Shown here piece after piece: positions 40,277-49,388 of a DNA stretch of 64,000 bases. The stretch is taken from contig JAOPTT010000002.1 in the NCBI GenBank assembly GCA_051531975.1, positions 505,968 to 569,967 on the forward strand, read 5' to 3'. The stretch's first letter is position 1. Each line of letters opens with the position of its first letter. Both the position numbers and the translations under genes were made by a program. Source of the DNA: Spirochaetaceae bacterium (lineage in GTDB: Bacteria; Spirochaetota; Spirochaetia; DSM-2461). The notes under the pieces are model-generated. The model had not been told where the DNA came from. It worked only from the letters and a program-made list of their open reading frames with translations, and searched no databases.

Positions 40277-40876
40277 GTGGATAGATTGGAAATGACGGAT
40301 ATAGAGATACTTAAAAGTATTAGATCAGGGAATTCTACTGAGTTTGTAAAACTCTACCAAAAGTATTTTGATAAAATTTACAGATACATTTATACAAAAA
40401 CATACCATAAAGAGAGTGCTGAAGATATTTCCAGCATTACATTTATTAAGGCCCTAGAAAATATATCAAAGTTTAAAGGTGATGGATCAAAATTAATCAG
40501 CTGGATATATAGGATCGCAAGTAATCAGGTAATTGATTACTACAGAAAAAGTACAAATGATAAAAACATAGACGATTTATGGGATCTCTCATCTAAAGAC
40601 GATATAGAAGTAGATCTAATAAATAAAGATAGTTTTGACTCTCTATATAAATACCTACATCAATTAAATAAATTAGAAAGGGATATAATTACACTTCATT
40701 TATGGGAAGAAAATACATTTAAAGAGATAGGATTCATCCTAAAGTTATCTGAAGGTAAATGTAAAATGACTTATTATAGATCCTTAAAAAAAATGAGAAA
40801 TAGTATTAAAGACATTATTACTATTTTAACAGCTCTAAAACCACTCTTATTAACAGGAGAAAACCATGATAAATAA
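40277..40876 (+). CDS. ECF RNA polymerase sigma factor
   Basis: Region 2 AEDISSITF...SWIYRIASN..IDYYRK; region 4 TFKEIG. Confidence 0.92.
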   Translation: MDRLEMTDIEILKSIRSGNSTEFVKLYQKYFDKIYRYIYTKTYHKESAEDISSITFIKALENISKFKGDGSKLISWIYRIASNQVIDYYRKSTNDKNIDDLWDLSSKDDIEVDLINKDSFDSLYKYLHQLNKLERDIITLHLWEENTFKEIGFILKLSEGKCKMTYYRSLKKMRNSIKDIITILTALKPLLLTGENHDK

Positions 40877-42884
40877 ATTAAAAGATAATAAACCACAGAT
40901 AGATATAGATGATAAATTCAAAACAGAATTAAAAGATAACTTAATTTCTAAAGCTAGTAAAATGCATAAAAAGAGAAAAGTGATTGCTTTCCATCCAATA
41001 CCAGCATATTTCTCTGTAGGAATTGCAGCAGCTCTTGTAATATTTTTAACCTTTCCAGGTATTGAAAAAGAAGAAACTTTATTAAAGTCAGATTCAGAAA
41101 TTATATATGAATTTATGGAAGAGGCTCCTGTAATTAAAGAGATTGAAGCAATACCAGAGACAGAAACCGTATACCAATCTAAAGATGAATCTCCTGTAGA
41201 CAAAGAGATTAAATTAGTACTAGAGAAAACAATCGAATACGATCTAATAGATGAAGAAGAAGCACCAAGTTATGAAGATGTTGAACTGTTAAGTAGTATG
41301 GATGCAGAAGTTTCAAAGCTATATCAACCGGTATCAAAAAAAGAGATGGCAGAATTTAATAAAAGTGGATCGATACAACCATCAATTATGGGTAGTGCTG
41401 AAACAAAGTGGGGTTTTAGTTTAGATAACGTGAATCAGGGTGATTTAAGCTTAGGATACGTTAATAATGTTGAATCTAATACTGAGGAGTATACTAAGAT
41501 CGTGGAGAATAGGTTTTTATCTGCTATAGAGACTCCTCTATCAACATTCTCTATAGACGTAGATACAGCGTCCTATGCAAATGTTAGAAGATATATTAAC
41601 TCTAATAGTTTGCCACCAAAGGACTCTGTACGAATAGAGGAGATGATAAACTATTTTAACTACGACTACCCTGTTCCAACAAATGAGAAACCATTCTCTA
41701 TATATACTGAAATAAGTTCAGCACCCTGGAACAGTGAGAACCACCTAGTTCATATTGGTATCCAGGGAAAAGATATTCCAAAGGAAAGTTTACCGCCATC
41801 AAATATTGTATTTCTTATAGATGTTTCTGGATCTATGGCCAATGATAACAAATTAGGACTTCTAGTTAAATCTGTGGATCTAATGTTAGAGAATTTCACA
41901 AACAAGGATAGAATTGCAGTTGTAGCCTACGCTGGTGCAGCAGGTGTTGTACTACCATCAACTAGCGGAGACAGGTCAGAAGTAATTTTAGAGTCATTTC
42001 AGAGGCTATCAGCTGGAGGTTCTACAGCAGGAGCACAGGGAATTGAATTAGCATATAACATAGCAATGGAAAACTTTATTCCAGATGGAAATAACAGAGT
42101 AATAATTGCAACAGACGGTGATTTTAATGTTGGTAGTTCATCAACTGGTGATCTAACTAGACTAATAGAAGAGAAAAGAGATTCAGGTGTTTTTCTTACA
42201 GTATTAGGTTTTGGAATGGGAAATTACAAGGATAGTAGAATGGAATCTTTAGCCGATAGTGGAAATGGTAATTATGCTTATATAGATTCACTGTTAGAGG
42301 CTCAAAAAGTACTTGTTCAGGATATAAAAAAGACACTTTTTGTAATAGCTAAAGATGTTAAAATCCAAGTTGAATTTAACCCAGCTATAGTTTCAGAATA
42401 CAGACTAATTGGTTATGAGACCAGACTGCTAGAGGACAGGGATTTTACAGATGATAAAGTTGATGCTGGAGATATTGGATCTGGGCATACAGTTACAGCG
42501 CTATACGAAGTAAGTTTAGTAAAGGGTGATGATAAAACAGAAGACAATCTTAGATACCAGGATACGACAATAAATAGTACTGGTAAAACTAGTGGAGAAA
42601 TATTAACACTATCTATTAGATATAAAGAACCTAAAGAAGATATCAGTAATTTAATTAGGGTTCAGGTAGAATCAAAGATCAAAACATTAGAGAATAGTTC
42701 TAATAACTTCAAACTAAGTGCTGCAGTAGCAGGTTATGGACAACTTCTTAGAGGATCAGAGTATATTAAAAATTATGGTTACGACGATGTAATATCAATG
42801 ACTAAAGATACATTAGAAGATGATGAATTTGGATATAGATCAGAATTTTATACCTTACTAAGAAAAGTTAAGTTATTAAAATAA
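40866..42884 (+). CDS. YfbK-like VWA protein with anti-sigma-like N-terminus and TM
   Basis: PLSTFSIDVDTASY, VRIEEMINYF, DVSGSM, TDGDFNVG, DAGDIGSGH. Confidence 0.9.
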   Translation: MINKLKDNKPQIDIDDKFKTELKDNLISKASKMHKKRKVIAFHPIPAYFSVGIAAALVIFLTFPGIEKEETLLKSDSEIIYEFMEEAPVIKEIEAIPETETVYQSKDESPVDKEIKLVLEKTIEYDLIDEEEAPSYEDVELLSSMDAEVSKLYQPVSKKEMAEFNKSGSIQPSIMGSAETKWGFSLDNVNQGDLSLGYVNNVESNTEEYTKIVENRFLSAIETPLSTFSIDVDTASYANVRRYINSNSLPPKDSVRIEEMINYFNYDYPVPTNEKPFSIYTEISSAPWNSENHLVHIGIQGKDIPKESLPPSNIVFLIDVSGSMANDNKLGLLVKSVDLMLENFTNKDRIAVVAYAGAAGVVLPSTSGDRSEVILESFQRLSAGGSTAGAQGIELAYNIAMENFIPDGNNRVIIATDGDFNVGSSSTGDLTRLIEEKRDSGVFLTVLGFGMGNYKDSRMESLADSGNGNYAYIDSLLEAQKVLVQDIKKTLFVIAKDVKIQVEFNPAIVSEYRLIGYETRLLEDRDFTDDKVDAGDIGSGHTVTALYEVSLVKGDDKTEDNLRYQDTTINSTGKTSGEILTLSIRYKEPKEDISNLIRVQVESKIKTLENSSNNFKLSAAVAGYGQLLRGSEYIKNYGYDDVISMTKDTLEDDEFGYRSEFYTLLRKVKLLK

Positions 42885-42897
42885 ACCGGATTGAAAT

Positions 42898-42931
42898 AGA
42901 TAGATGAGTCCCAACCGGGGCTCATTTATCT
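42898..42931 (+). terminator. Hairpin terminator after VWA gene
   Basis: AGATAGATGAGTCCC-AACC-GGGGCTCATTTATCT. Confidence 0.65.
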
Positions 42932-42989
42932 TAGTTAGTAAATTATTAAATCTAGAGAAAGTATATTAATTCCGATACTATTAAAGTAT

Positions 42990-43889
42990 ATGAAACTTTA
43001 TTTTTTAATGTTTTTACTTATATTAAACTTCTTATCTATAAAACTTAATGCAATACAGCCAACTAATTTTATAAATTCCATACCAAAAATTATGAATTTT
43101 AATAACATATTAGAAAATCCCATTAAAAACTGGGATAATCCATCTTTTGAAATATACAGATATAAGTTAGTACCAGAAATTATAATTATCGATACCATAG
43201 ACTACTCCATGCAATCTGATTTGTTTAAACGGTTAGCTTTTTTTGTTGAGAAAAAGGGGTATGTTGGTAAGATTTATTCAATGGATGAACTAGGTAATAA
43301 ACGTGGTTGGAATGCCCATGACTATAATGCAAAGAATCTTTCCCAGTTTTTTAACAGAGCTAATTCAGATAACATACCTCTAACAGATGGGGAGCAGATC
43401 TTAAAAACCATATTATTAAATACAAAAGTAATAAATATAACAGAAGATGAATTTACTCCAGGAGTTGGAGCTATTATATCAATATCAAGAAGCTCAACAG
43501 CAAATTTTAGGTCTCTAATTTTAAGACACGAGATCATCCACGGGTTATATTTTACTTCTGGGGATCTAAGAAACTATGTTGATACTACCTGGGATGATCT
43601 AGAGAAAAACTCAAAAAAAATAATAACTATGTTCCTAGACTCCTTAACCTACGATGTTACAAATAAGGATCTTCTTAAAAATGAATTTCTAGCATATCTT
43701 TTACAAAGAGATGAAAATGAGACTTATAAATACTTTAATTCAACAGTATATAACAGGCTCATTTTACATTATCCTAAAGAACAACCTATGATAGATGAAT
43801 ATTTTAAAAGAAATAAAACTCCCTTTAGTTATCCCCTAAAAAAGTTAAATAACTATATTAAAAAGAATACTTCAGGGAGCATATTTTAA
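42990..43889 (+). CDS. Secreted hypothetical protein with HExxH motif (possible metallopeptidase)
   Basis: Signal peptide; HEIIHG and downstream NEF. Confidence 0.65.
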   Translation: MKLYFLMFLLILNFLSIKLNAIQPTNFINSIPKIMNFNNILENPIKNWDNPSFEIYRYKLVPEIIIIDTIDYSMQSDLFKRLAFFVEKKGYVGKIYSMDELGNKRGWNAHDYNAKNLSQFFNRANSDNIPLTDGEQILKTILLNTKVINITEDEFTPGVGAIISISRSSTANFRSLILRHEIIHGLYFTSGDLRNYVDTTWDDLEKNSKKIITMFLDSLTYDVTNKDLLKNEFLAYLLQRDENETYKYFNSTVYNRLILHYPKEQPMIDEYFKRNKTPFSYPLKKLNNYIKKNTSGSIF

Positions 43890-44197
43890 TTGAGGGTAGA
43901 GTATATTGTAATACCGATACGATCTATATGGTCGATAAGTTCTCTATTTTTAAAGTCAGAGTAGTTTTGAACATCAATTAAGTAGACAATTTCCGACTCT
44001 TCTAATTCAGATATTAAACTCGAGAGTATAAACCTGTTTAGATTCTCTCCATATATGACAAGGTTAATATCACTTCTTTGTGTAAATGTACCTTTAGCTC
44101 TAGATCCGTAGAGTTTAACTCTCTTTATATCATTAAATTCAGTGAAGATTTTTGTTAAAGTAGTAATAATCGTTCTATCTAGACCAGTATTAATCAT
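43886..44197 (-). CDS. Minimal nucleotidyltransferase (HI0073-like), DxN variant
   Basis: YGSRAKG...SDINL. Confidence 0.85.
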   Translation of the reverse strand: MINTGLDRTIITTLTKIFTEFNDIKRVKLYGSRAKGTFTQRSDINLVIYGENLNRFILSSLISELEESEIVYLIDVQNYSDFKNRELIDHIDRIGITIYSTLN

Positions 44198-44612
44198 TCA
44201 TTATCTCTTCCAATAGCTGGGAGTACAAATTCTCAAGAACAACAAGGTAATCGTTTTGAATACTAATAAGTATGACTTCGAACTTTGAAAAGTCATATGT
44301 GTGGCTCATTAGATTTCTATCACCTATCATTTTAAACCACATATCAACATCGTTAATATATTTAGTTTCATAAGCCTTTCTAGCAACAGATTTAGGGGAA
44401 ATTCTATCTAAAATAATACCATCGAATTCTAACCGATCCTTTAGTACCTTCCAAGCTAATTCGAATGTATATTCAAATCTCTGAATTACACCCTCTTTTT
44501 CAAGCTGACTTAAACTATCTAAATCATTATCCATAGCTTCTCTTAATAGTAAGAAAGCACGTTTGAAATTAGAAAATCTCTGTTTCCATCTGATATCTGT
44601 ATTGTCACTCAT
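44190..44612 (-). CDS. HI0074-family nucleotidyltransferase substrate-binding / HEPN protein
   Basis: RWKQRFSNF, GVIQRFEYTFELAWK, RNLMSHTY. Confidence 0.92.
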   Translation of the reverse strand: MSDNTDIRWKQRFSNFKRAFLLLREAMDNDLDSLSQLEKEGVIQRFEYTFELAWKVLKDRLEFDGIILDRISPKSVARKAYETKYINDVDMWFKMIGDRNLMSHTYDFSKFEVILISIQNDYLVVLENLYSQLLEEIMND

Positions 44613-44719
44613 ATTCTCATTTTAACCTAAAGGGTAAAAATATAAAATAAGAATATAATTATGCATCGGATATAGTCTCTACATTGTATATTTACCCACA
44701 CGTGGCATCGTTTTAGTTT

Positions 44720-46393
44720 CTATTTATTATATACTTCGGTACAGTTTCGTCCTCTGCCTTTTGCCCTATATAGAGCCTCATCAGCTTTTTTTACTAAATC
44801 CTCTACACATGTAATATCTTCAGTCATTGTTGCTACTCCCAAACTAATGGACATAGTAATTACCTGATTGTTATATTCATGATTACTATTATTAACAGCA
44901 GACCGATACCTTTCTGCTGCAATAAGACCTAGTTCTCCATCGGTCTCAGGAAGGAGAACCGCAAACTCCTCCCCTCCAATTCTAAAAAGAAGATCGTGAC
45001 TACGAAAATATCGTCGTGCTAAATCTGCGAGATAACAGAGAACAGAATCACCTGCTGGATGACCGTATTCATCATTTGTTTTTTTAAAAAAATCCACATC
45101 AAAAGTTATTAATGTCAGGGCATGATTATTTCTTCTCGATCGACTAAATTCTTTCTCAATAAAGTCCTCAAAGTATCTTCTATTATAAAATCCTGTCATA
45201 GAATCTGTTACTGATTGTGCGTAAAGTTTCTCTTCTACTTTTTTTCTTGTGGTAATATCTACAATCGATACAAGATATCCATTCAAAGTTGCAGTAAAAG
45301 TCAATTCTGTAATATGTTTTGATCTATTCCGACCTATTAGTTCAACCTCTACTGGACCGAAGCTACCTGGTTCTTCTGGAGGTGGGAGTAATTCCTCAAG
45401 TTTATCTTTAAGGATAAAAATCCCAGAGTTTTCAATTTTTTTTCTTAAAGAATGTAAATTATCATTTTCTATTAATTCTTCCAGCTTATATCCAAAAGTC
45501 TCCTCTGCTATTCTATTTATATAAGTGATACGCAACTGTTTATCTATTAAAACAATACTGATCGGAGAATATTTTAAAATCCTAGAAAATCGTTCCTCAC
45601 CTCTGCGTATTTTTTCAGTTCGTAATTTTAATTCGACTTCTAGTTCTTCTTGATGCTCTATAAGTTTAGTCATATATAAATTACGCTCGGTCGTAGTTTT
45701 ATCAAGTTGGGTTTTAATTAGTGTTAGTGCATCAAAAATAGGAAGAAGTGGATGATCATCATTAATATTATATCCACTTGATTTAGGTTTTCCTGAGGTC
45801 CAATCAATACTATTAAGGTATTCCAGCAGATCCCGAATCGGTTTATTATAAGACTCCCTATTTCTGTACCTGAATCGATTTATCAGACCTGAAAATAGTG
45901 AAACTCTTACTTTAGGTATTTTCCCTAGTTGTTCAAACCGTAACCCAATCATAGCTGCTTCATTATATGTTTTACAAATTCTAATCTCTTTATTTAGAAT
46001 ACCTAATTTCTGACCAAGTAATACACTTATTTCCTGGCTTGGAGTTCCATTACAGAAAATAATTCCATTTAAAGCAGAATCAGTAACGATTGATTGTATA
46101 AAAGCATTTCGAGCCTTACCAGAAGAGTTTTTATATTCCCCCCAATCTTGTATCATAAGATACTCTGAACCCATATATGTTTTGACTATCTCATCTCCAA
46201 ATGCAATTGCCAAAGTTTCAGCTTCTAAGTCGGCATAACCTCTACCCTTAATGACTATAGTTTTATCTCCAAGAATTTTATATTCACAACTAAAAGATTG
46301 GCTAAAAATAACATTTGACCATTCTTCATGTTGTCTTATTAAGAGCCCAGTTATTAAACATTTTTTTTGGGGTAATCGGGGGTTTTTAATCAT
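44720..46393 (-). CDS. PAS-GGDEF diguanylate cyclase
   Basis: PAS, TDSMTG.YNRR, DVDFFK, RSHD I-site, RIGGEEF. Confidence 0.92.
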   Translation of the reverse strand: MIKNPRLPQKKCLITGLLIRQHEEWSNVIFSQSFSCEYKILGDKTIVIKGRGYADLEAETLAIAFGDEIVKTYMGSEYLMIQDWGEYKNSSGKARNAFIQSIVTDSALNGIIFCNGTPSQEISVLLGQKLGILNKEIRICKTYNEAAMIGLRFEQLGKIPKVRVSLFSGLINRFRYRNRESYNKPIRDLLEYLNSIDWTSGKPKSSGYNINDDHPLLPIFDALTLIKTQLDKTTTERNLYMTKLIEHQEELEVELKLRTEKIRRGEERFSRILKYSPISIVLIDKQLRITYINRIAEETFGYKLEELIENDNLHSLRKKIENSGIFILKDKLEELLPPPEEPGSFGPVEVELIGRNRSKHITELTFTATLNGYLVSIVDITTRKKVEEKLYAQSVTDSMTGFYNRRYFEDFIEKEFSRSRRNNHALTLITFDVDFFKKTNDEYGHPAGDSVLCYLADLARRYFRSHDLLFRIGGEEFAVLLPETDGELGLIAAERYRSAVNNSNHEYNNQVITMSISLGVATMTEDITCVEDLVKKADEALYRAKGRGRNCTEVYNK

Positions 46394-46530
46394 GTAATAA
46401 TCATTATCTTATAGCCTAAAGTTGTCAATATAGATTTATTAACATACACATAAGTTTACTCTAAATTTTATCTGTTTAAACTACTGTTTTCTGCTTTTAA
46501 TAAACTCTGTATTACACTAAAATTACTTAT

Positions 46531-47301
46531 ATGATCAAAATATATAATACAGAAAACCTAACTGGAATAACTATAAAGGGTGACTATAACGATTTTAAGC
46601 AGTTAGTAGATGCTTTCTACGAAATAACTATCGATGAAGATGATAAGAGCCATAAACCTTACTACGATATGTCCACTAGGGTTTTATCACTTTGTTACGA
46701 TATAAGACATGCTCTACAGGGTGATAGAGAACTTCACTTAGAAAATAATGGTGTTACAAAAGAAACAATGAATATTCACTCTATTATGGCACCTAAATAC
46801 AATGCTTATTTTTCATGTAATTATCTATATCCAGAAATGTTATTTGTGACTTTAGCTTTAAATAATCTAATAGAAATAAGAATGAAATTTATTCAGAAAC
46901 CTAAAAGTAGCCATGCTGATGCTCTAAATAAAATGGTTATATGGGATACAACAATTAATACTCTTAGGAACTTACAATCTGCTTTCTGCAAGTGTATAGA
47001 ACAGACTTTAACTCCAGCTTCATTTAGTAGATGGATAGGGATAATGAATAAAGATTATGCTGATATTGTTAATATAAACAGGTACTTTATAGATTTACAA
47101 AATCTTGAATATTTAGATATGACTAAAGAGATCAGATTAAAAAAAATTACTTCCATATCTAAAAAGCTTGTAGAATATAGGTTTAATGAAGATCATGAAA
47201 ATATTGTTGAATCAGTTAAAATGGGAGCTCAGAAACTAGGCTGCCCCCGAGAATCAGTTGCTTTAAAAGGCTTTGAATACCCACAAAACATTAAGTGGTA
47301 A
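46531..47301 (+). CDS. Conserved hypothetical protein (DUF6904-like)
   Basis: TGITIKGDYNDF, LCYDIRHA..GDR, YPE motifs; family from recall. Confidence 0.6.
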   Translation: MIKIYNTENLTGITIKGDYNDFKQLVDAFYEITIDEDDKSHKPYYDMSTRVLSLCYDIRHALQGDRELHLENNGVTKETMNIHSIMAPKYNAYFSCNYLYPEMLFVTLALNNLIEIRMKFIQKPKSSHADALNKMVIWDTTINTLRNLQSAFCKCIEQTLTPASFSRWIGIMNKDYADIVNINRYFIDLQNLEYLDMTKEIRLKKITSISKKLVEYRFNEDHENIVESVKMGAQKLGCPRESVALKGFEYPQNIKW

Positions 47302-47328
47302 AACTTCAACCTCTGTATATTTTAGACA

Positions 47329-47357
47329 TTGACATTAAATAACACCTGTTATATAAA
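47329..47357 (+). promoter_or_regulatory. tetR promoter with overlapping palindromic operator
   Basis: TTGACA-17bp-TATAAA; ATAACA-CC-TGTTAT at 47339-47352. Confidence 0.75.
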
Positions 47358-47362
47358 TAAGT

Positions 47363-47962
47363 ATGCCACCAAAAGTTCAGTTTACAAAAGAACAAATTCT
47401 CGATGCTGCGTTAGAACTTGTAATTAGCGATGGAGTTGATTCTCTATCAGCAAGAAACCTTGCTAAAAAGTTAAACTCATCTGTTGCTCCAATATATGCT
47501 AATTATAAAAATACAAAAGAACTATTTGATGATGTATTAGAAAAAATAAAAATAATGACATGGGAATACTCTACTAAACCATATACACCCCACGGATTTT
47601 TTAATATTGGTATTGGTCAGCTTCTTATTGCAAATGATTTTCCAAATCTATTTATGGATCTTTTATATAAAAGTTCTATAGCTACTGAGATGGACTGCGA
47701 CACTGAAAATATGATGATAGATATTATGGTAAAGGATGAGAAACTTAAAGGTTTAAGTAGAAGTCAATGTGGAAGAGTATTAGAAAAAATGGCTATTTTT
47801 ACATCAGGTTTAGCAATAGCTGTTGCAAATGAGAGTCAGAAGTTACCTATAAACAGAGCTTTAGAGATTATGGAAGAGAGCGCAAACCAGATAATTTATG
47901 CAGAGAGGGATGGTAATTATGATCGTAACTTAGAGAAAATTGACTTTGATAATATAATTTAA
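47363..47962 (+). CDS. TetR-family regulator
   Basis: MPPKVQFTKEQILDAA...LSARNLAKKLNSSVAPIY. Confidence 0.92.
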   Translation: MPPKVQFTKEQILDAALELVISDGVDSLSARNLAKKLNSSVAPIYANYKNTKELFDDVLEKIKIMTWEYSTKPYTPHGFFNIGIGQLLIANDFPNLFMDLLYKSSIATEMDCDTENMMIDIMVKDEKLKGLSRSQCGRVLEKMAIFTSGLAIAVANESQKLPINRALEIMEESANQIIYAERDGNYDRNLEKIDFDNII

Positions 47963-47980
47963 TTTTTTTTACACTGATAA

Positions 47981-48008
47981 GTAACACGCGTTACATAATA
48001 GGTGTTAT
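47981..48008 (+). promoter_or_regulatory. Tandem TetR operator copies upstream of flavodoxin genes
   Basis: GTAACACGCGTTAC and ATAATAGGTGTTAT resemble the 47339 operator. Confidence 0.65.
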
Positions 48009-48046
48009 ATAAATATAGCTACTAGACTAGCTTAAAAGGAGAAAAA

Positions 48047-48607
48047 ATGAATATAACAATGGTAAATGGAAATAACTATGACCCTAAGTGGGATTTACAT
48101 GAAGAGGAAATTATTCAAATAAAAGGTGAGTTACAAAAAAAAGGTCATACCGTAGAATACTTTCCAGTTCAGAAAATGAATTTAGCCTACTGTCAGGGAT
48201 GCTGGGATTGTTGGACAAAAACTCCTGGGGTGTGTAGGTTAAAAGATGATGGAGAGCAGTACACTAAAGCATTAAGTAATTCAGATGTAGTACTCTATAT
48301 TTCTCCAGTTTCAGCTGGTTTTATTACAACAGAGACTAAAAAAGCTTTAGATAGATTCATACCAAATGCCCTACCCTATATAACTATCTACGAGGAGGAG
48401 TGTCATCACCTACAAAGATATCCAGATAACAGGGCTGATATAGGAATTATTCTTTTTGATGATGAAAATTTATCATCAAAAAGTTGCAATATTATATATA
48501 AAAACTTTGACCGGATACAAAAGAACATGAGAAGTAAAAGAGTAATAAAGTATAGATTAACCACAACAAACAGTAAGGAGCTAGTAAATGAAATTATCGG
48601 TAATTAA
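48047..48607 (+). CDS. Flavodoxin family / iron-sulfur flavoprotein-like
   Basis: CQGCWDCWTKTPGVCRLKDD, SPV, KALDR. Confidence 0.85.
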   Translation: MNITMVNGNNYDPKWDLHEEEIIQIKGELQKKGHTVEYFPVQKMNLAYCQGCWDCWTKTPGVCRLKDDGEQYTKALSNSDVVLYISPVSAGFITTETKKALDRFIPNALPYITIYEEECHHLQRYPDNRADIGIILFDDENLSSKSCNIIYKNFDRIQKNMRSKRVIKYRLTTTNSKELVNEIIGN

Positions 48608-49226
48608 TGGATCCCCTAGAGGAGAAAGTTCAAACTCAACTAAGATATTAAAATGGATTAGTAAAGAAGATGTTCACTATATAAAGCAAATAAGCAGACA
48701 GAATGAGGTTATAGAAACCTGCGCCGATAGCGATGCTTATCTCATTTGTTTTCCCTTATACGTAGATAGTATGCCAGCCCAGCAGAAGAAGTTCTTTGAA
48801 CTAATGGAAGAGAATAGAGACCTATTTACTGGTAAAAGTATTACATTTATAATTCATAGTGGTTTTCCTGAAATGGTACAAAGCATGGTATTAAAAGAAT
48901 ATTTAGAACTATTCTGTGCAGAAATAATGGGAATGAATCTTTTAGGAGTTATTATTATTGGTGGATCAGAAGCATTGCAAATGGCACCGGATAATATGTT
49001 CAGTCGTCAAATTAAAGTAATTGAAGGCTTAGCTAAAAATATTGAAAACCAAGAGAAGTTTCCAGAAGACATTAATATTAAGATTAATAGAAAACTTCGT
49101 TTAACACGCTTAGAGAGGTTTATATTCAGTATGAACCCATTAAAGAATTTCTACTGGAATTATAGAGCTTCAAGACATACTCATAAAGTTAATTTAAAGG
49201 CTAAGCCCCATAGAGTTACGACTTAA
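48588..49226 (+). CDS. NAD(P)H-dependent flavodoxin-fold oxidoreductase
   Basis: INGSPRG.SSNS, FPLYVDSMP, SGFPE. Confidence 0.82.
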   Translation: MKLSVINGSPRGESSNSTKILKWISKEDVHYIKQISRQNEVIETCADSDAYLICFPLYVDSMPAQQKKFFELMEENRDLFTGKSITFIIHSGFPEMVQSMVLKEYLELFCAEIMGMNLLGVIIIGGSEALQMAPDNMFSRQIKVIEGLAKNIENQEKFPEDINIKINRKLRLTRLERFIFSMNPLKNFYWNYRASRHTHKVNLKAKPHRVTT

Positions 49227-49388
49227 ATTAACAAAACTGATGTTCTTGGTGCCATACACCGCTAATTATATGGGATCTACTTAAAGTGAGAATAGAAATC
49301 AGATATACCTTGGATCATATCTGTGGTATATTTTAACTGATTCTTATCTATATTCCTTTGTTGGATATATATTTTTCAAGGGAGTTAT

